DNA from: Candidatus Omnitrophota bacterium
GTDB lineage: Bacteria > Omnitrophota > Gorgyraeia > Zapsychrales > JANLHA01
DNA: 64,000 nt
Assembly: GCA_023247795.1 (NCBI GenBank)
Contig: JAHFFT010000006.1
Coordinates: 4,664 to 68,663, forward strand
Direction: 5' to 3'
The translations under genes and the position numbers were made by a program. The first letter of the stretch is position 1. Each line of letters starts with the position of its first letter. The notes beneath the pieces were generated by a model. It saw nothing but the letters and a program-made list of their open reading frames with translations. It was not told the DNA's origin and searched no databases. Below, in pieces: positions 50,006-63,100 of this stretch.

Positions 50006-50545
50006 TTATTCCTCTACTTCGTAAGAATCAAGAATTTGGAACCAGGAATAGGTGTCTTGATCTGTATAATCTTCAATGGGTTTGAGTGCTGAATTGATGC
50101 GTTTGTGTCCAGTGTGATAAGCCGCGCTCGACCACTCCCATTCCCAGGCTTTTTTTACTAGTTTTGCCTGTACCGGGTTACATTCTACATAACGGATAGC
50201 CGCCAAAAGATGATCTTCTTCCAGTAAGCACGAATAAAATCTTTCCTGCCAAAAATGTCCATTTAGATTACGTTTGCGATGCTGATCTTGAGCATAGCGC
50301 ATATGACAAACGCTAAACGCCTTTGCCAGGGAATCCTCTTTGTGGGGGATGACTATAAAGTGGACATGATTGCTCATAAGGCAATAGGCGAGGATGGACA
50401 TGGTGTATTTTTCGCTATATTCACAAATCCAAGAAAGGTATTTTAAATGATCGGCGTCATCAAAAAAGACCGTTTGTTGATAATTCCCCCTCTGGACGAC
50501 GTGATATGGGTAGTCTGGTATTACAATGCGTGCTGTTCGTGGCAT
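50006..50545 (-). mobile_element. REP-associated tyrosine transposase (RAYT, Y1 HUH family)
   Basis: MPRTAR...YHVVQRGN...AYCLMSNHVHF (HUH)...GHFWQERF...IRYVECNP...WSS. Confidence 0.93.
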
Positions 50546-50659
50546 AATCTACAAATTGATGTGGGGGGTACTAAAAAAGTTGGGTGCGGGAATATGAGGA
50601 CAATAGTTTATACAACAATTTTGATAAAATGTCAAGTCTTTAGGGGCAATCACCAAATT

Positions 50660-50719
50660 TTCAGAATGGACATTTAAAAATAGGGGACTGTCCCTATTAT
50701 TAAAAATGTCCATTCTGAA
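50660..50719. repeat. 60-bp palindrome upstream of the RAYT
   Basis: TTCAGAATGGACATTT-AAAAATAGGGGAC-T-GTCCCTATTATTAA-AAATGTCCATTCTGAA. Confidence 0.88.
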
Positions 50720-50809
50720 TGTCTACTGTATTGGAGTTATCTTACCTAATTTAGGCATATAAACTGTTGTGGATTAAGGTGTTAATGAGAAAATTATTTT
50801 TTTACACCC

Positions 50810-50837
50810 TTGTTCTTATCGATATTTATGTTATACT
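50810..50837 (+). promoter_or_regulatory. Putative promoter of the giant gene
   Basis: TTGTTC, a 16-nt spacer, then TATACT with an extended TG. The string ATGTTATACTT also occurs in the pilin promoter. Confidence 0.5.
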
Positions 50838-50964
50838 TACTTTGCAAGTGATTATAGAATTTTATTAGATTCATAACATGTTGTAGTAAAACAGTTTAAG
50901 ATATGATAAAAGCCACGGATATCTTAAATTTGAGTATTAAATTTAATTTTGGTAAAGTTTAAGG

Positions 50965-50993
50965 GGCTGCCGAAATCGAGGCAGTCTTTTTTT
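50965..50993 (+). terminator. Intrinsic terminator-like hairpin in the giant-gene leader
   Basis: GGCTGCC-GAAATCGA-GGCAGTC followed by seven T. Confidence 0.65.
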
Positions 50994-51118
50994 ATTTCAT
51001 CGGCCGATGAAAATGACACTCAAACAACTAACCGCAACACCCCAAAGGGAACTTCAAAAAGAGTTCCCTCCATTCATCACTTGCACAGAGGGAGCCTCCT
51101 TAGCCCTAAAATCCATTT

Positions 51119-51198
51119 TTCAGAATGGACATTATATCAAAAGGGGACAGTCCCCTAATTAACCGAGTATGACTATGGACGAAAGCAGATTGGACATT
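51119..51198. repeat. RAYT-type repeats at the start of the giant gene
   Basis: TTCAGAATGGACATT...GGGGACAGTCCCC...CAGATTGGACATT. Confidence 0.8.
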
Positions 51199-54100
51199 AA
51201 AAATATAAGTACTACTAGAGGCAGTATTAAAAATTTTAATACTAATAGAGATAGTCTTTCGTCTATATTGCCGCATATTCTCCCAAAGGAAGAACCAAAA
51301 CCATTCAAAAGCGGGTTTAAGCATTGGATTCGTATCGTTGCCATGATCGTGATCGCGGTGTTTTTGCCGGAACAGATCAGCTGGGCGTTCAACTACAACC
51401 CAGCAGTTCTCTGGGGAGGGCCAAAGCAGGATTTGATGCACTTAGCCCAGCCCGCACCGGTTATGCCAACTCCGGCGCAAGTCCAAATTCCAGTTGTCCC
51501 TAGCGATGCCGAGATTTCTCAGCAGCTTTCGCAAAGCGTACACGATATGCTCGGCCGCATTGCTTATCTTGAAAACGCGCAAGTTCAATTCGACCTGCAA
51601 AACCCCAACGATCCAAACAAAAAGCCGCAATCATCAATTCAAATCAAACCAAAGAACGTTGTCACCGAACAAAGCATGATGGCCTATGTCGAGTGGCTGC
51701 GCCAGCCAGGGATTAAACCCCTCAACTGCGGTGTCTATGCTTTGCGGGATTTATTGGGAGCCAACGGATTGCAGGTGAGTTTGCAAGAGTTGTCATTAGC
51801 CACATTGATGGAGGACATCTTAAACGGCATTATCAAACCCGGAGATCCTAAACTCAAGACCTCACTTTACGCGATCGATAAAGTCGCTCAAGGTTATAAC
51901 CTGAATCTCAAGGCCGCAAAAGTCCTGCCGCAGGATGTCGTAAAACTCAAAACACCGTTTATCGCCAACCTTGATCCCGAACATTTTGTTACGGTCACGT
52001 TGATTGAGCAGGATAAGGTGAGTTATTTTGATGTCGGCCGTCCGACCATCCTGGCTAAAGACGAATTCATCAAGCAGGCCAATGGGTTTGTCCTAGCGCC
52101 GGATATGGAAAAGCAAACAATCGAATACGCCTTAGTCTCTGATTCGATGAAGGCCTTTGTCTGGGGCAGCCAGTGGGTGAGGATGAAGGATGATTTGCCC
52201 GGCTTGATTGATGATGGAGATATGTGGGACGAGATATATGTCGAGATCGCTATTGAACTTATTGAGGCTTACTTTTTTGGGCCGGCCGTGGCTGTTATGG
52301 CATATGGAGCCTCTGATCTGGCAAGTACTTTGACTGAAATATGTGTGATGAAGAATGTTTGCGGTGAAAATGACACGTTTATTTTTAATTTCATTTTTAC
52401 CACGGTGCTGATGGCCGCTGGAATGTCTATGGGGGATTTCGCAACGGGAGCGGAAAACGGAGTCCTGAAAGAGGGTGCTAAAGGTGGGCTTAAAGAGGGC
52501 GTTAAAGATGGGACTAAAGAGGGAGCTAAAAAGGGGCTTGAAGATACCGCCAAAAGTACGGCGCCGTCCGCGACTGGTGAAGTCGCGGCAACAGCACCAG
52601 CCATCGAACCTGCCGCTGCAGGCGCGTCCCCAACCATTGGTTCAAGATTGGTCGATTCAATCAAAACCGGCACTCAAAATTTTTATAATGAAATGAAAAT
52701 TTCGTTGACCGACTTTGGCAATAAAGTCGTTGGATTTTTTAAAGGGATCGGCGAGTTAGCACAAAAAGGTTTTAATTTTGTAGTGGGTGGTGGGGCGGAC
52801 AAGGCCCCCCAAGCGGCAGGGACGGCAGGACAAGCAACCAATAATTTGGGAGCTGCAAAAGAGCTTGCCAAAACCATGCCGGCGAAGTTCGATATGGCGA
52901 AGTCCTTAGATCGTTTATTTTCCGCCCAGGCCGTAAAGGCATTCTTTGTTGGAGGCATCAAAGCCCTGCCGAAAGCAATTGTCAGCGCGTACGTTAAACA
53001 GGAAGTGTATAAGATCGTGGATAGGAATATTTCCGAAGACATGAACCCCGCTATCCGTCAGGCGTTGGTGGGTGTTGTTTCGTCCATCGGCGGTGAGCTT
53101 TTGTTGGCGGCCGGCATCAAAGGGCTCGGCGCTGCTTTATCGGAGGTATCACCGGAAATGAATAACGCGCTCAGCAAATTATTCAACATGGGCACATACC
53201 AAAGCGAAGAGGACGCGCAGAAAAAGGCCGACGAAGTAGTTGACAATGCTAAAGCAGACACCATCAAAGCCGCTGATAAGACTGTTGAAGGTCAGAATTT
53301 GACAGCAGAGCAAAAAGAAGGAGTGCGAAATGCGGCACTCAAAGCCGATGAATATAAATTCAACGCGATTGAACGAACGGTTTATCAGTCGGAACTTGAC
53401 CGTATTAAGTCAGATAAAAATTATAGTCGTGATAATGACGCCTTTCATGCCAGCACATTTGTCGATGAGTTTAAAGTGATTGGCAAAACCATTGGGCCGC
53501 GTTTGGCGGGTGCCGCGGTCGCTGCTGGTCTGCGTTATCTCGCTGATAAAAATTGGGGTGATGCCGACGCCAAGTCGCAGGTTTCACAAATGATCGGTGA
53601 GATCGGCCAAGCCGTGGGCGGAATTTTATACGGAATTGCCATCAGGCAAGATTCGGGTTACACGAAGGAAGAGATCCATCAGGATAAGGATGGCACGAAG
53701 GAAACAAATTCAGATTATGATAAATATTATCGTGAGAATAAAATCACCGGAAAGCGGGAGTATGTTGCTGAAGGAGATGGCAAGACGATCTACAATCCGG
53801 AATATCCCGGCAGCGAGAAGGGAAAACATTATCTTTTGAGCGACCGAACGTATGGGGCCATGTTATACGATGCTCTTACCAGAGGGGCTGTTGGTCTGTT
53901 GGTCGCGCACGGCCTGGACAATTACGAAAAGCGAAATGTCGATGTGGACGCGAATGGCGATCAAAACCGTTACCAACTGGTTAAAGGACGTGCTGCCATA
54001 TTGGGTGGGCTGATTTTGATTGATACCATCGTGACGGACATTAATAAGTGGGCTGGTATCGATAACCCCGAGCGCTATTTAAAAGACGAAGGGGTCGGGA

Positions 54101-57100
54101 TCACGAAAATCGCCGGCGATTCGTTTATCGCGCGTTATTTCACGACCAGGGTGGCTGAACAATTGATCGCCATGGTCAGACCGATCGCGACTTTTAGCGG
54201 CAGTCTGCCGGGCGAAGACGGGGCCGGGGATGATAACCGCTGGGCGCGCGATCATAAAACCGCTTACGGCGAAAATTACACTTCAAGCCAACAGAATTAT
54301 TTGACTTATCTCACCCAGCTTTCCGAGATGACCGGCCAGTCTTTAGAAACGGTCAATCAGATCAAGGCGAATAGAGACGCGCTCAAAGAACAGCTTAATA
54401 GCGGCCAGATCACTAAGAGCGAGTACGAGGCCAGAAAAATGTTTGCTTTTCACGACATCATGTGGGCCGCAAATGGTGCTTTTTACGTCGATCGGATGAA
54501 TTCGGCAATGGCCGCGGGTTTCGTGAACAATTCTTTTCAAAGCGGCGGGATTTATGATGAGGTCGAGGCCATTCTCGGATACCTTCCGTTAAAAATAACT
54601 TCCGGACTAGCGTTAAATCACCGTGAGGTGGTTTTTAAAAAGGAGACCAAGGAGGGTGAACCTGATAAATTGATTGCCATTGCCACGACCAAGAGCCCAC
54701 GGGAACCGACGATCATTATGGGCGACACCTTGGGATTTGGCTGGGTCAAGGGGATGAATAACCTTAAGATCGATTCCGAGACCAATACGAGCTCGGTCGG
54801 TTTGGGATTTGATCATTTGACTAATCGTTTTCTGGGCTTCTTGACCGATAAGGAACAGAAAGAATTCAACGTGACGGCCGACGAGGCCGGGGTTTTTGAT
54901 TCACATACCGGAGAGAAAATAGTTGGGCTAGAAGAATTAAGGACGTTGAACCATCATCTTGGCATTTTAAATAAAATAAAGACCGGGCAAGCCTACCAGG
55001 AAGAGAACGGCGATGTTTTTGATACCAAGACCAATAAGGTGCTGGCATACGCGGCAGAGATGAAAGATGGGGAGTCCAAATATCAACTGATTACCGCGGA
55101 ATTGAAAAGCGGTCAAACGCAAATCCGCAATGGGATGGACGTGGATATGTTTTCCGGCAACGTGATTTCGAATGTTGCTTTTAAAGACGCCGACGGTAAA
55201 AAACTGGCTGCCGTGCGATTGGATTTTAAGCAAACTCCGGAAAATACCGAAGGCGATAGGAATGGCCAGTTTTTGGTTTTTGGCCGCGCGGACTTGGCAC
55301 GGGAATTTGATATTTCGGGTGTTAAGAACGATATCATCGATAAGATGAAAAAGTTGTCTCCGGACGCGCTTTGGGTGGAGGATGATCAGGGAGATGAAAT
55401 TTTTCATTTTATAGATGTTAAGTCTCTTGAAGAATTTAAAGATAGCATTGATTCGATTGCGAGATTGAAAGATAACCAAGATGAAATTTTAAGTTATGAT
55501 CCTGATTATGATGATGAAGAGCGCCTTGTTCCGAGCAAGCGCGTCATTTTAGACAGCGATGGAAGGGAACTTTTTGTCCTTGATAAGGACAACGCTGATC
55601 CCAGAATTACATTTAAAAAGGGATCGCTTGATTATGTCAAAGAGAATTTTAAAGAATACAGCGCCTCTGACCGGATAACAACATATCAGGGCGATGGTTT
55701 TGGCCGAAGGATTAAAGACGAGGATATCGGCTGGCAGGCGAGCAGACGGATTTCTACGGATGGCTCCGGACAGCAGCAGGACGAGATTGTTTCAAATAAG
55801 CTCGTCGGGGAATCAAGGCTCATTTCGACAGCGGCTTGGTTGCTGATGCCGGAGTTGGCGAATTTAGCGTTGAAGGAGAAAGATGGGGGTGGAGGGTTGG
55901 ATCCAAAGATTATGCGCAAGGTTTTGGAGCAAACAGCAGGAACAGATTCTTTAGGGGTGAGGATGCTGGCGTCCGGTCTTGATCAGGTTAATAAGATGCA
56001 CGCGGAGAATGATACACCATTCACTTATGATTTTGCCGGGACCGACACCCATGGCAAGACCATGTTTAAATTGCAGGGCAACAATAACGAAAACGGCAAG
56101 ATGACCATAATTTTTGATAAAAGCGGCAAGGCGAACATTCGTTTGGCGCGGGACAACAATGCTAACCTTGATATCTTCGACGGGGCGCTGAATTTGGTTG
56201 GCTACAATAAAGACGAGGCCGTGGCGATCAAGGCGATAAAAGCAGTAGGGCTGTCCGCCGCCGACATCATTTTTGGACGGGGGTTTGATGCGAATGTTTA
56301 TTCCATCAGGGATTTGGTGGCTCGGGAAGAGAAGAGTGATAAATTGGAAGCGGGCTTGACGGATTTGGTCATCAGTCAAGCAAACAGTCAATTAACGACA
56401 CTTTTGAATGATTATGGTTATGTTGGTATAACTAACATTGATGTTAATCATTTCCTCAGCAAAGTGAGTCCGTTTGATTTGATGGATAAAGGGTCGATCG
56501 CGATCGACGGGTCAGAGCCGGTCAAGGCAAGTAAGGATACCAGTGTTACGGTAACGGGTAATATTGTTAAAACAATGACTTACGATTTACCTGAGATGAA
56601 TGATTTGACCACCAGCAAGGTGGATCAGGGTAAGGATCTAGGGCAGATTTCTATGAGCGACGGGCGGGAGACAATCATGAGGTACGATCGTGTTGATGAT
56701 GATGTAAAGAGCAAATTTATAATGAAAAACGATCACGATGAGATGCGTGTGACGACCGCAGGCGATATTAGTGTAGATAATAATGTTTTCAAGATTATTA
56801 ATTATGATCCGACTGATGCGGATATGGCTCATGGCATAAAAGTGGATATTGAAGGTTTGAAAAATGCTTTGTGGGAAAATGATTGGGTTGCCACGAGCGC
56901 AGGATTGCGAGAGATTGTCAGCAATGCCAAGGAACTGCAAAAAAGCGAAAACAATCAGAAAGAAGCATTTAGAGAGGCAGTACAGACGTCGTTGGCTGAG
57001 ATGAAGCAATTCGATAAGGATTATGGGATGTCGGCTGTGGATCAGAATAAAGATCTGATCCTTGCCGCTCTGGGAAAAAATGATAAAGGTGAGCGCATCG

Positions 57101-60100
57101 CGAATGTTTATTCGGCGTATCAGGGCAGGATTTGGGATGAGGATGAGATCATGAAGTATTATGGTTATGAAAAGCCGTCGAGCGAGGCAAGTGATCTCGA
57201 TGGAAGCAATGATGAAAAAGAAAAATTTAATTTGAAGCTGAACCAGGGCACGGTTGCTCATGTCGAAAAATTGGACAGCCCCTTCGGCCGTATGTTCACG
57301 GAAGCAGGTAGTACCAGAAATATGGGGGAAGGGTCGATGGATGATTTATACAAAGTCAATCAGGTCAGTGGCTCGACCTTGGCCGCGATCGCGCCTGTTC
57401 AGCTCGATGATTTAAGAAATTTTATGACGGAGACAGACCGTGTTTTTACGAACGAGGGATTGGGTAAGATCGTTGATCAAGCTAAAGGTGGTCATTTGAA
57501 GAAAGCCCTCGCGGACAATGGTTATGATTTAACAGGCGAGGATATAGCAAAAATTGATGAGAAGGCCGATCTGCGTTTGAAGACTGATCTGCGGGAGAAC
57601 GGTTATACGAATGAACACGGTGAAATTCAGGACAGTTTCAGAAAATTGCAATCAGCCGATGAAATGCGGCTGACTAGTGAATTTGGCGAATTGAAAGATC
57701 AAATTTTTCAAAGTTTAAAAAATTCCGATAATGGCCAAATCACCATGGAACCACTAACACTCACGTCTGGCGGGATCATTGATTACAATTCGAAAAATGG
57801 ACATGCTGATCTGTTCAGCATTCCGCAGGGTGGGCAGTTCGGTGGCTTGCTTCCGAGTGGAAAAGTTGCTTATGACCAACATCCTTCGCAAATTGTCCTG
57901 GAGGAATCCGGTGTTTATCGAGGCCCAGGGAGTGTTTTGGTTTACGGCGAACGCTACGGCCATTCGATTACGACCGATGTTTTTGGCGGTGATTATTTTG
58001 ACAAAAATGTGATTTATCAGATCGGCAGTGACGGTAAGTCTGAAAGTTACGCTTTGGGCAATGGCGAGTTGCCGGAACAGCTTCATATCGGTAAGACCAA
58101 ATTATCAGGAACGCTGAAGACTAAAAACGAAACCACGGTCGCGTATGAAGGAAAAGGTTTTGATATCTCGGTAACCAAGTTTGGCGATTCACAGAAGTTA
58201 AAAAATGTTTCTGATTTGCCGGTTTCGGTTGATATGTCTAAGGTGGCGGAGTCAAGAGCAAACACCTTCTTGACCGAAGACCCGACGGTTACGGTAACGG
58301 AAAAAGGTCAAAGTCCTAGAACGATCACCTTTGATATCAAGGGCCGTGATCAGGAGCATGGATTTATCTGGGAAAAGGGAAGCGAAATTGTTAATCTTCC
58401 CGACGGTACTCGGCAGCTGGTCTTAAGCGGTCCCATCAATGAACCGGGGCTTGCGGATGTTTCGTTCAATCATTCCTCGGAAGAAGGAGCCAGAGTGGAT
58501 GAGCAAAGATCAGCGATCATTCCGATCTTAATCCCGAAGGCCAATGTTTCCAACGGGACAGAGGCTGCCGGACCAGGATTAAAGGTTGATCGTCTTGGGC
58601 TCGGAACGGTTGGCCAGCTCATCGTAGCAAGTGGAGAGCCGGTTGATTCTGCCACGAAAAAAATTGTCGGAGCAGATGGACAAGAGAAAGAAGAAGAGTA
58701 TCGGGTTTATAACGCTAATTTTGAGGGAGAAGATGATGCCACGGACAGCGCCGGGGTTCGGCGGTTGATCGTAGAAGGCAATCCGTTCAAGTCAAAAGAG
58801 CGATTTGGCAACATCGAATTGGACCAGCCAACGACCAATATGGGTTTTACGATTAAGCACGACATAGATACAGCAGGGAAAAGTCCGGAGGATGTTAAAA
58901 GGGAAGAGCGGAATCAGGCGGTTCATTTGGAGACTAAAATACAGGAAACATCAAAGGACAGTTATGCACCATCTGTTAACCCAAATGGAATTTTGGATCC
59001 GATGTTAGTTGTTGGCAACGACTTGGATCTATGGGATACAACGATGATTGATACAAGATCGATTTCTAAACTCTCGGCCATCGATGGTTTTGATATTGAT
59101 CTCTTAGGTAATTACCATGTTCATGACGGCACGCGAAAGGTTTCTGAATTGTTAAATATTGATAAGACGTATGAATCCGCATCGGGAAAATTAACGGTAA
59201 TCAAATCAGATAAATATGGGGTGGTTTATGAAAATCCAGAGCAGACGTTTGAATATTTTTCAAGCGCAAAGTTAACGACGGTTTCTAAATTAGATGAATC
59301 AAAGTCTCGTCTGGATTCTATCATTTATGATGTGAGAAAAGGACTGGCTTCGGGTTTTGATAAGGATGAGAATTGGAATGGTTCCGAAGGGCAGCTCTTT
59401 GTCAAAAGCATTGATTTTGACAGCCGAAGTTTAACGTATGACAATAAAGATTTTAAATTGGGAGTGGAAGGTTATAAAAAAGCTGATCAGCGTTTTGCTG
59501 ATACCGTGCTGCGGGCTCAAGGGAGCGAATTGGTTTTAGGCGGGGGTAATAAAGAGGAAAAGAGTGTTCAGCTCTCAAATGCGGCCAGCAGTTATCGGGA
59601 TAAGTTGGTTCAGGAATTGCAACTGTTTAGCAATATGAACACGGATCAGATCAAGGAACATTTAAGGGAAAGATTTCAAGAAATCAATATCCCATTTGGC
59701 GATGACGCGAGTTTTCAAAGGGAGGTCGGTAAGGTATTTGGTACCCTAGTAAAACTTTTTGAGGGACACAGCACGTTAAGCAAGGACAATGAAATGCTTG
59801 CGGATTTTGGTCAGTTGGCCTGGAATTTAACAAAACAGGATCCGGACACGGCCGCCCTGTTAGTTGGTGTTAAAAATGAAGACCGGGGCGCGATCAATGA
59901 TTACGCGCATGCCATGCGCCAGACTGAGGTTTTGAACACCTTTGACAACTGGAATGAGAATCAAAATGATTTACCGAATTTAGGAAAGCTGCATGGGGCC
60001 GCGGACGGGTATGAAGCGACTGCTAAAGCAGGGAATTCTCGAACATTTCAGGAGACCGGTGCAGATGGAAAACAAAATATTAATCGGGAGGAAGGCCTGA

Positions 60101-63100
60101 CCATTGCCTTAGGGGATATGCAGGTGACGAGAGCGCAAGGGCTTCAGCTCGCCTTGCAAAAGGCAGATTTAAAAGCCATCGAAAATATCGCTCAGCGTTC
60201 CAGTGACCAAGATTTAAAAAATAAGCTGGTTGATTTGGCTAAGGCGATACGTGCAGGTTCGGTTCCGGATGCGGTAGGGTTCTCCGATTTGATTGTCAGT
60301 AAAGGGCTGGATTCATTTGTCAATTCACCGGACTCGGTTAATTTAGAAATTGTCAAGGAGATTGCCCGCTTAGGTGATGCTAAGGCAGGGAAAAATATCT
60401 TTAGCGGTGATATCAAACGCCTGCCGTTCACCGAGGGATCTCGTTATTATTTCGAAGGCCCGATTGATCCAAAGCTCAAAGAGGCGTTTGGTCCCATCGG
60501 ATTTGGCGTCAACGACGGGCATTTTGAAGGGATTAAAGAGAAATTTTTTGAAATTCATGAACGTGGGGATTTTTTGGGAATGGAGCAACATTTTACGTTT
60601 ACGGGTCATTACGACGATGCGAATGGCCAAGCTAAAGTTGAACAAGTCCATTTACAGGGTAATAACGCCGGATATATTGCAAATATTTCAAAGTTGCTGG
60701 GTCAAGAAATTTTGTTCCAAGGCAGGGAGACCGATATTACGTTAACAGCCCAGAATGGGTTTATGGATCTGCGTGAGGACGGCAGTATTTCTGTTCCACA
60801 AGGAGTTGACGTCCAGGCCTGCGGTTCGATGCCGGGATGTCTTAAGGACAAGACGAGACTTTTGGAAAGCATCGATTCATATGTGACCTTTGGTGAGACT
60901 CGCAAACTCGCCTATGGCAAGATTAGTGGGACCGGTGAGTTTGCTCATATTTTCGATCTTAATTTTCCGAAGCATGAGCCTGCGCCCTCTGAGGAAAAGG
61001 CACCAGAACCAAATGATCAAGAAACAACCCGTGTCGTCGTGCGGCCGGTAGGCGATGGTGTCGTTTCGATTACGGAATCAGGAGAAAAAGCTGATAAGAA
61101 ACTTCAGGAGCAAACCGCTCCCAAAGATTTGACGGAACAAGGGAAGAAAACATATCAAAAGATTGTTGATAAAACCCTTCTTACCCAGCAGGTTTTTAAC
61201 CTGGGTGTCCCGATTGAACGGTTTCACAATGGTAAAATCGAGCAAGATATGCAATTGACAGCGCTTCCACAATTGGCCTTGGAGAACGGCTCGCTGGCGG
61301 TCTTGGATCAAAGCGTTAAGAAGCCGGCTATTTCGCAAGCAGAACTGGCCGATTTTTTAAAGACCGGGAAACTTCCGTCCGCGTATAAAAAGCAGGGTAT
61401 TCCGGTTTTGACAGGGTTTAATTTAGAAAAGGATGATAAAGAAAAAATTTCAGTCAGCATTGCATCTAAAGGTGAACAGGGGGAAATCGCGGAGATATCA
61501 TCTCTTGTCCGAAATCCAAACGCAACAGGCCAATTTTCTAACGACGCGGTTGGGATGGAATGGACACCCAGCGGCCCGAAATTTTTTGGCGGGGAGAGTT
61601 TGGGACGAGCGGTTGTTGGACATCTGCAAAGAGAAGGAGTCGTTCTTCCTACCGATGAACGTTTGGGCAAGTTATCGCTCGATAAAGCGCCAAAGGCTGT
61701 TTATGATTTGAAATATGCCGGTGAACAGATTTTGAGCCCGACAAGCGGGAAATGGGTTAGCGTGGATCAAGGGAAATTTAGGGTTGGCGGTACGGTGACG
61801 GATCCAACATCTGTTTCTCATGTTAATTCGGTCTCGGGAGCATTTATTTATGACCGCGTTGCTCAGGTCACGGGCTGGCGGCCGCTGTATGACAATAATG
61901 AAAATTTAGTTGATCTCGAATATCTTGCCACCAAGGGATCCATGGAAGCGCCAGTCACCCCTGGTTTTATTGTTAATCAATCAAATGATTTCGGGTTTAA
62001 GATCACACTAGTAGCTCCCAACCTTAATAATAAGCCACAAGAAAAACAACCCGAAGAGCAACAGAACCCTCTTAAGAATCAAGAATTGCATAACGTGAAT
62101 ATTTCTCCAAAGCCGGATGAGAATAAAAATCTTGTTATGGTTTTCGGCCCGGGTGACGTCAAACAACAACTCTTAGAATCTTCGATCGGTTTTACCATTG
62201 ACAATCCTTATGCTGTTAATGATCCGATGCGGGCACGGATAGGTATTGATCGGCCGGATACACAGGTCACCATTTTGAATGAACACCTTGAGGATGAGCG
62301 AGCCGGTGAGCCTAATTTGAAGGATGGCGGTTATTATGGCGCCCGTCCGGGGACGTTTTCGGGTGGGGCGGATTCCGCGTATATCAAGGCCAAGAAAGCA
62401 GAGATTACGGCGGCGTGGAATGACTTGAACGAGGAAGAAGCTCTCCTTAAGGGTGCTGGTAAAAATCCTGATCAAGACGTGCATTATAAAAAGCATAAAG
62501 AAGAAGTAGCAAATTTAATCGATAGCTTACCTATTGTGCAGCAGACCACCTCTGCCGGAGATCGGCTCCGCTATAAGCTTACGAAGATGTTGGTTGACAA
62601 TATCCATACTGGCGGTTTAGGGTTTGTAGGGTTTGAGTATTCCGGTGGAAAATTCGGTTGGGTGAGGCCGGCAGAACCAAAGCCGGAAGATTTTTCTAGA
62701 CCTTCTGACTATCGAGTGGCCAAGATCAATTACGATGCCGCTGAAGATGAATTTAAAAAGATCATGGCTCCATTAGTTAAAGGAAGCGGCCAAGTTGTTG
62801 ATGGTTTCACAATGGATCAGGTGGGATTGATGCATTTTCTTAACGGGACTGAGCCGCAATATATTTCTGACGGGCTTGTTTCTTCCAGTTACGATTTATT
62901 GCGCGGTAAAAATTTTGTTGATAAACCAATCACCAGCCAAGACGCGGTGGACCCCAGCAAAAATATTTCAAAAACCGAAAGGAATGCTGCAAAATTCATA
63001 TCTTTAATTCAAGAATATATAACGGGTCCAGTGGGTGAGAGGTTAGGGGAGGTTGCAGATAAAGTGATGAATAATCCGCGGTATGCTTTTAACCCGGACC

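Noticed and set aside
50880-50993. c-di-GMP-I riboswitch upstream of the giant gene
   Set aside because: AAAGCCACGG and GGCTGCCG are reminiscent, but the GGCAAA...GAAA...GACGC first hairpin is absent. Only the terminator was kept.
51106-62496. Many short ORFs listed across 51-62 kb
   Set aside because: All overlap the single open giant reading frame on other frames or the opposite strand.
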